A stretch of DNA of 64,000 bases from Klebsormidium nitens (Eukaryota; Plantae; Klebsormidiophyceae). The DNA is taken from positions 141,892 through 205,891 of the forward strand of contig DF237052.1 of NCBI GenBank assembly GCA_000708835.1, given 5' to 3'. The translations under genes and the position numbers were made by a program. The notes beneath the pieces were generated by a model that ran no database searches, was not told the DNA's origin, and was given only the letters and a program-made list of their open reading frames with translations. Positions 61,701 through 64,000 of the stretch are shown one piece after another (position 1 is the stretch's first letter; every line of letters begins with the position of its first letter).

Positions 61701-63701
61701 AGACTTGAGAAAATTTCCAAGAATTGTTTCTGAGAACGGTTCTAGACCTTCGCCCGTCAAAGCGAAGAACTTTCGCTGCAGGTCTTGAGATCCATAAAGT
61801 GAAGCTTCCTTAGAAAGGGCGTATCACTGGGGCGGGCGTCAACGTCAGCACCGGTCACCGTCCTTCGCACTATTTCGTGCTCGGAGACACAGAGCGATAC
61901 ACTTGTCTTTCGGCGACGCAAGAGCAGAGCGGCCTGCTAAGCAGTCGCTCTGTGACGTCATTGAGACGCATCTGAATACGCCCCCTTAAACTTCATTCAG
62001 AGTTGTATGGACACTTTCCTTTCGCCCAGAATTGTGACGGGCTATCTTCGAGCTCAGACTCGCGGAGGAAATACTGATGGTAGGAGGAAGAAACGAGCAA
62101 GGAAGAAAGCTTCCAAAGAATACGATTCGGCGAGCTCAGGTATAGACCTGGGGAACGCGAGTGGAGAAGCACCTAAGGAAGCAGATACGACCAGTGAAAA
62201 GGGCCAGCTGGCAAGCGAATCTGCCAACTTCCGCTACAAGAAGATTTTATACTTCCTTGTGGGCTCAATGTAAATTACAGAATTCTGGGGGTTTCGTTAG
62301 AGAGGAGAAGAGCAAGCGTAAGCAGACCTTGCGGTAGACTCGGCCGGTTGTTTCGAGGATGCTGAAGGAGACATTTGCCCCCACGTTGAAAACGGCGACC
62401 TCGATCGGCCCCACTTCCACTTCGATCTTGTCAAAGAGCGCGACCATGTCTTCTGCAATGAAAAAGATTCGTGAATGTCAGAACCCATGCGGCTTTATTG
62501 TATGCTTCACGTGCTTATAATGTTTCTCCTTTTCTATTCTGCTCTTGCCCCCTGCTTCTCAGAAATTACTCCCTCACAACAATCTGCCTTTGCCAGACTG
62601 ATCTCCAACCACATGATGAAAAGGAAACCGTTGCAGGACAGCCTTTGGTGTTACTTGCGTGACAGGAGACAGTTTGATATGACATTGACAAGAAACAGAA
62701 AGTTGGAGTATGACCTCCTTTTAAAAGGCCTGGATGCAGCAGGAATGATAAGAACGGGACTAAACGAGGGCCACCCAAATATGAAGGCAACTGTCGGCGT
62801 AGTCCCCGATGACTGGAGTTTCCTTTGGTTATTCTTGGGCGTAGAACTTCTGAAACAGACAATCTAGCTGACAAGATTTTCGTATAAACTGCTTTTGAAT
62901 GTCAGAAGCAAAGCACATTGTGTCAGAATAAGTCATTTGATATTCATTGAAAGAGCACGCAACGTTCTGACCAGCTGAAAGGGCATCCACGTCTTTCCTC
63001 AAGCGTGCCTGTCAGAGCGGGGTCAAGGAGAATCAGTAATTTGGAGACCGGGACCTGGGGTGCTGTTGGAACAGCTACGTGGCGCGGTTTGGGGTTTTGA
63101 CCCGGGGCTTTCAATAAATGATTGGGCGTAAGAGGCCTAGCCCAGGGTTTTGCCCCTAAACCTCGCCACGCCAGCCCTTCCAACAGCACCCCCGGCCCCG
63201 GTTCCCAAATTACTGATTCTCCTTGACCCCGCTCTGACAGGTGGCTGGGTCCTTATTGCCTCTCAGGGAAAGGCTTGAGAGGAGAACTGTCAAAAGTGTC
63301 AGTGGTTGCTTATTTTCTTACAACACCGAACAAATAAGTCAGTTTCAGCTCCAAGCTGAGTAATTGTTCAGGTGCGTTTTCCTTGCTCCACCATTTTTGT
63401 AACTCCAATACAAGGTTTGATGCAACCGCTAATTCAGATACAAACAGCGTCATTGCCTGGAAAAGATCGAGTTGAAGCAATCTGCGCTGCTCCTGACCTT
63501 ATTGCCCCCACCTTCGATCCTGGCATCCACGCCAAACGCATGCGCCTGGCCCCCACTCTCCTCAATTCTGGCTACAAGCGGAGCCAGCTTGTCTCCATTC
63601 CTGCGAACGGCGCAGACAGCGTACCCCTCAGCCGCAAAGCGCTCGGCAATCGCGCCACCTGTTGCGTCACCAGCCCCAACCACAACCGCCACCTTCTTCA
63701 T
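58794..63701 (-). CDS. Short-chain dehydrogenase/reductase, SDR_c10-like (Phe replaces the catalytic Tyr), 5 exons, 240 aa
   Basis: Exons 63701-63512, 62452-62328, 60868-60719, 59612-59475, 58913-58794 (723 nt). Motifs: VVVGAGDATGGAIAERFA, VFNVGAN, TIIFTSATAS, AAFSGAK (FxxxK), LAQSMARELGPRGIHVAHVVIDG, HELDLRPW. Confidence 0.92.
59687..59760 (+). repeat. Diverged MITE core in SDR intron 3
   Basis: GGACGGGTGGGGTTACGTTGGGGGTTTAGGGCGGGAACGGGTGCGGAGCAGG resembles the family core. Confidence 0.55.
60869..61300 (-). repeat. Three copies of the SDR exon-3 acceptor junction
   Basis: CAG|GTTTGG(G)AGATGGCCTG... at exon-like starts 61003, 61141 and 61287; the true start is 60868. Confidence 0.9.
63008..63241. 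mobile_element. 234-bp foldback / long-TIR element in SDR intron 1
   Basis: Arms of about 88 bp are inverted repeats. The outer 37 bp (CCTGTCAGAGCGGGGTCAAGGAGAATCAGTAATTTGG) match perfectly and the inner part has scattered mismatches. The loop contains CCCGGGGCTTT, as in the MITE family. Confidence 0.8.
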
Positions 63702-64000
63702 TCTGAAGGAATTGTCCAGAAAGCAGCTAGCTGTTCTATCTGCTTCTCCACTACCTACTCCATCCAAAATTTTGACGTTTGAGCTTGCGTTGCTGACCTG
63801 CGAGCATTCCGTGACTCACATGATGTTGTCAGACAATTCTGGCTTGGTGAGAAAGCTGAGCAACACCTGGAGTATCGCGCCCTGGTTGAACTTCCCATCG
63901 CGAAGCATCACCGAAAGAAACCATCACCGGTCACTTTCAGACCGCCGGTTGTTTCTTACTGCAAACGGTTTTCAGTCCGTCAGACCCTCGCTGTGGGATA

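Noticed and set aside
11435-61960. Frequent TGACGTCA palindromes as bZIP (C-box/CRE) sites
   Set aside because: Several coincide with the GCTGAC branch-point motif just upstream of acceptors or are multiplied by echo arrays, so no transcriptional role is supported.
63702-63767. N-terminal extension of the SDR shown in the ORF track
   Set aside because: It starts at TTG. The first ATG at 63701 gives MKKVAVVVGAG, a normal SDR start.
1-64000. tRNA, rRNA or riboswitch genes
   Set aside because: I saw no cloverleaf with T-loop GTTCRA context, no rRNA-like blocks and no TPP aptamer motifs. A tRNAscan/Infernal run would be needed to exclude small ncRNAs.

Overview
Intron-rich eukaryotic DNA with plant-type genes and three N-gaps. 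The gene set and style suggest a streptophyte green alga such as Klebsormidium (inference). I assembled ten protein-coding loci by hand from GT..AG junctions with consistent phases: a partial organelle-targeted protein (-), a TTM1/2-type uridine-kinase+CYTH protein (+), an unrecognised secreted protein with a 6-Cys tail (+), ALG11 (-), a nucleoside hydrolase (-), a CONSTANS-like BBX-CCT factor (+), a PRXL2B/FAM213B-like CXXC redoxin (-), ORC6 (-), a single-domain globin (+) and an SDR_c10-like dehydrogenase (-). There is also a G-rich MITE family, a 234-bp foldback element and a composite E2F/CHR site upstream of ORC6. The most striking pattern is that introns of at least seven genes contain tandem 'echo' copies of the neighbouring splice junction (intron end plus exon start, or exon end plus intron start), at periods of about 108-200 bp. 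Some copies have lost the AG. Several others differ from the real exon almost only at synonymous sites, which simple neutral decay does not predict.
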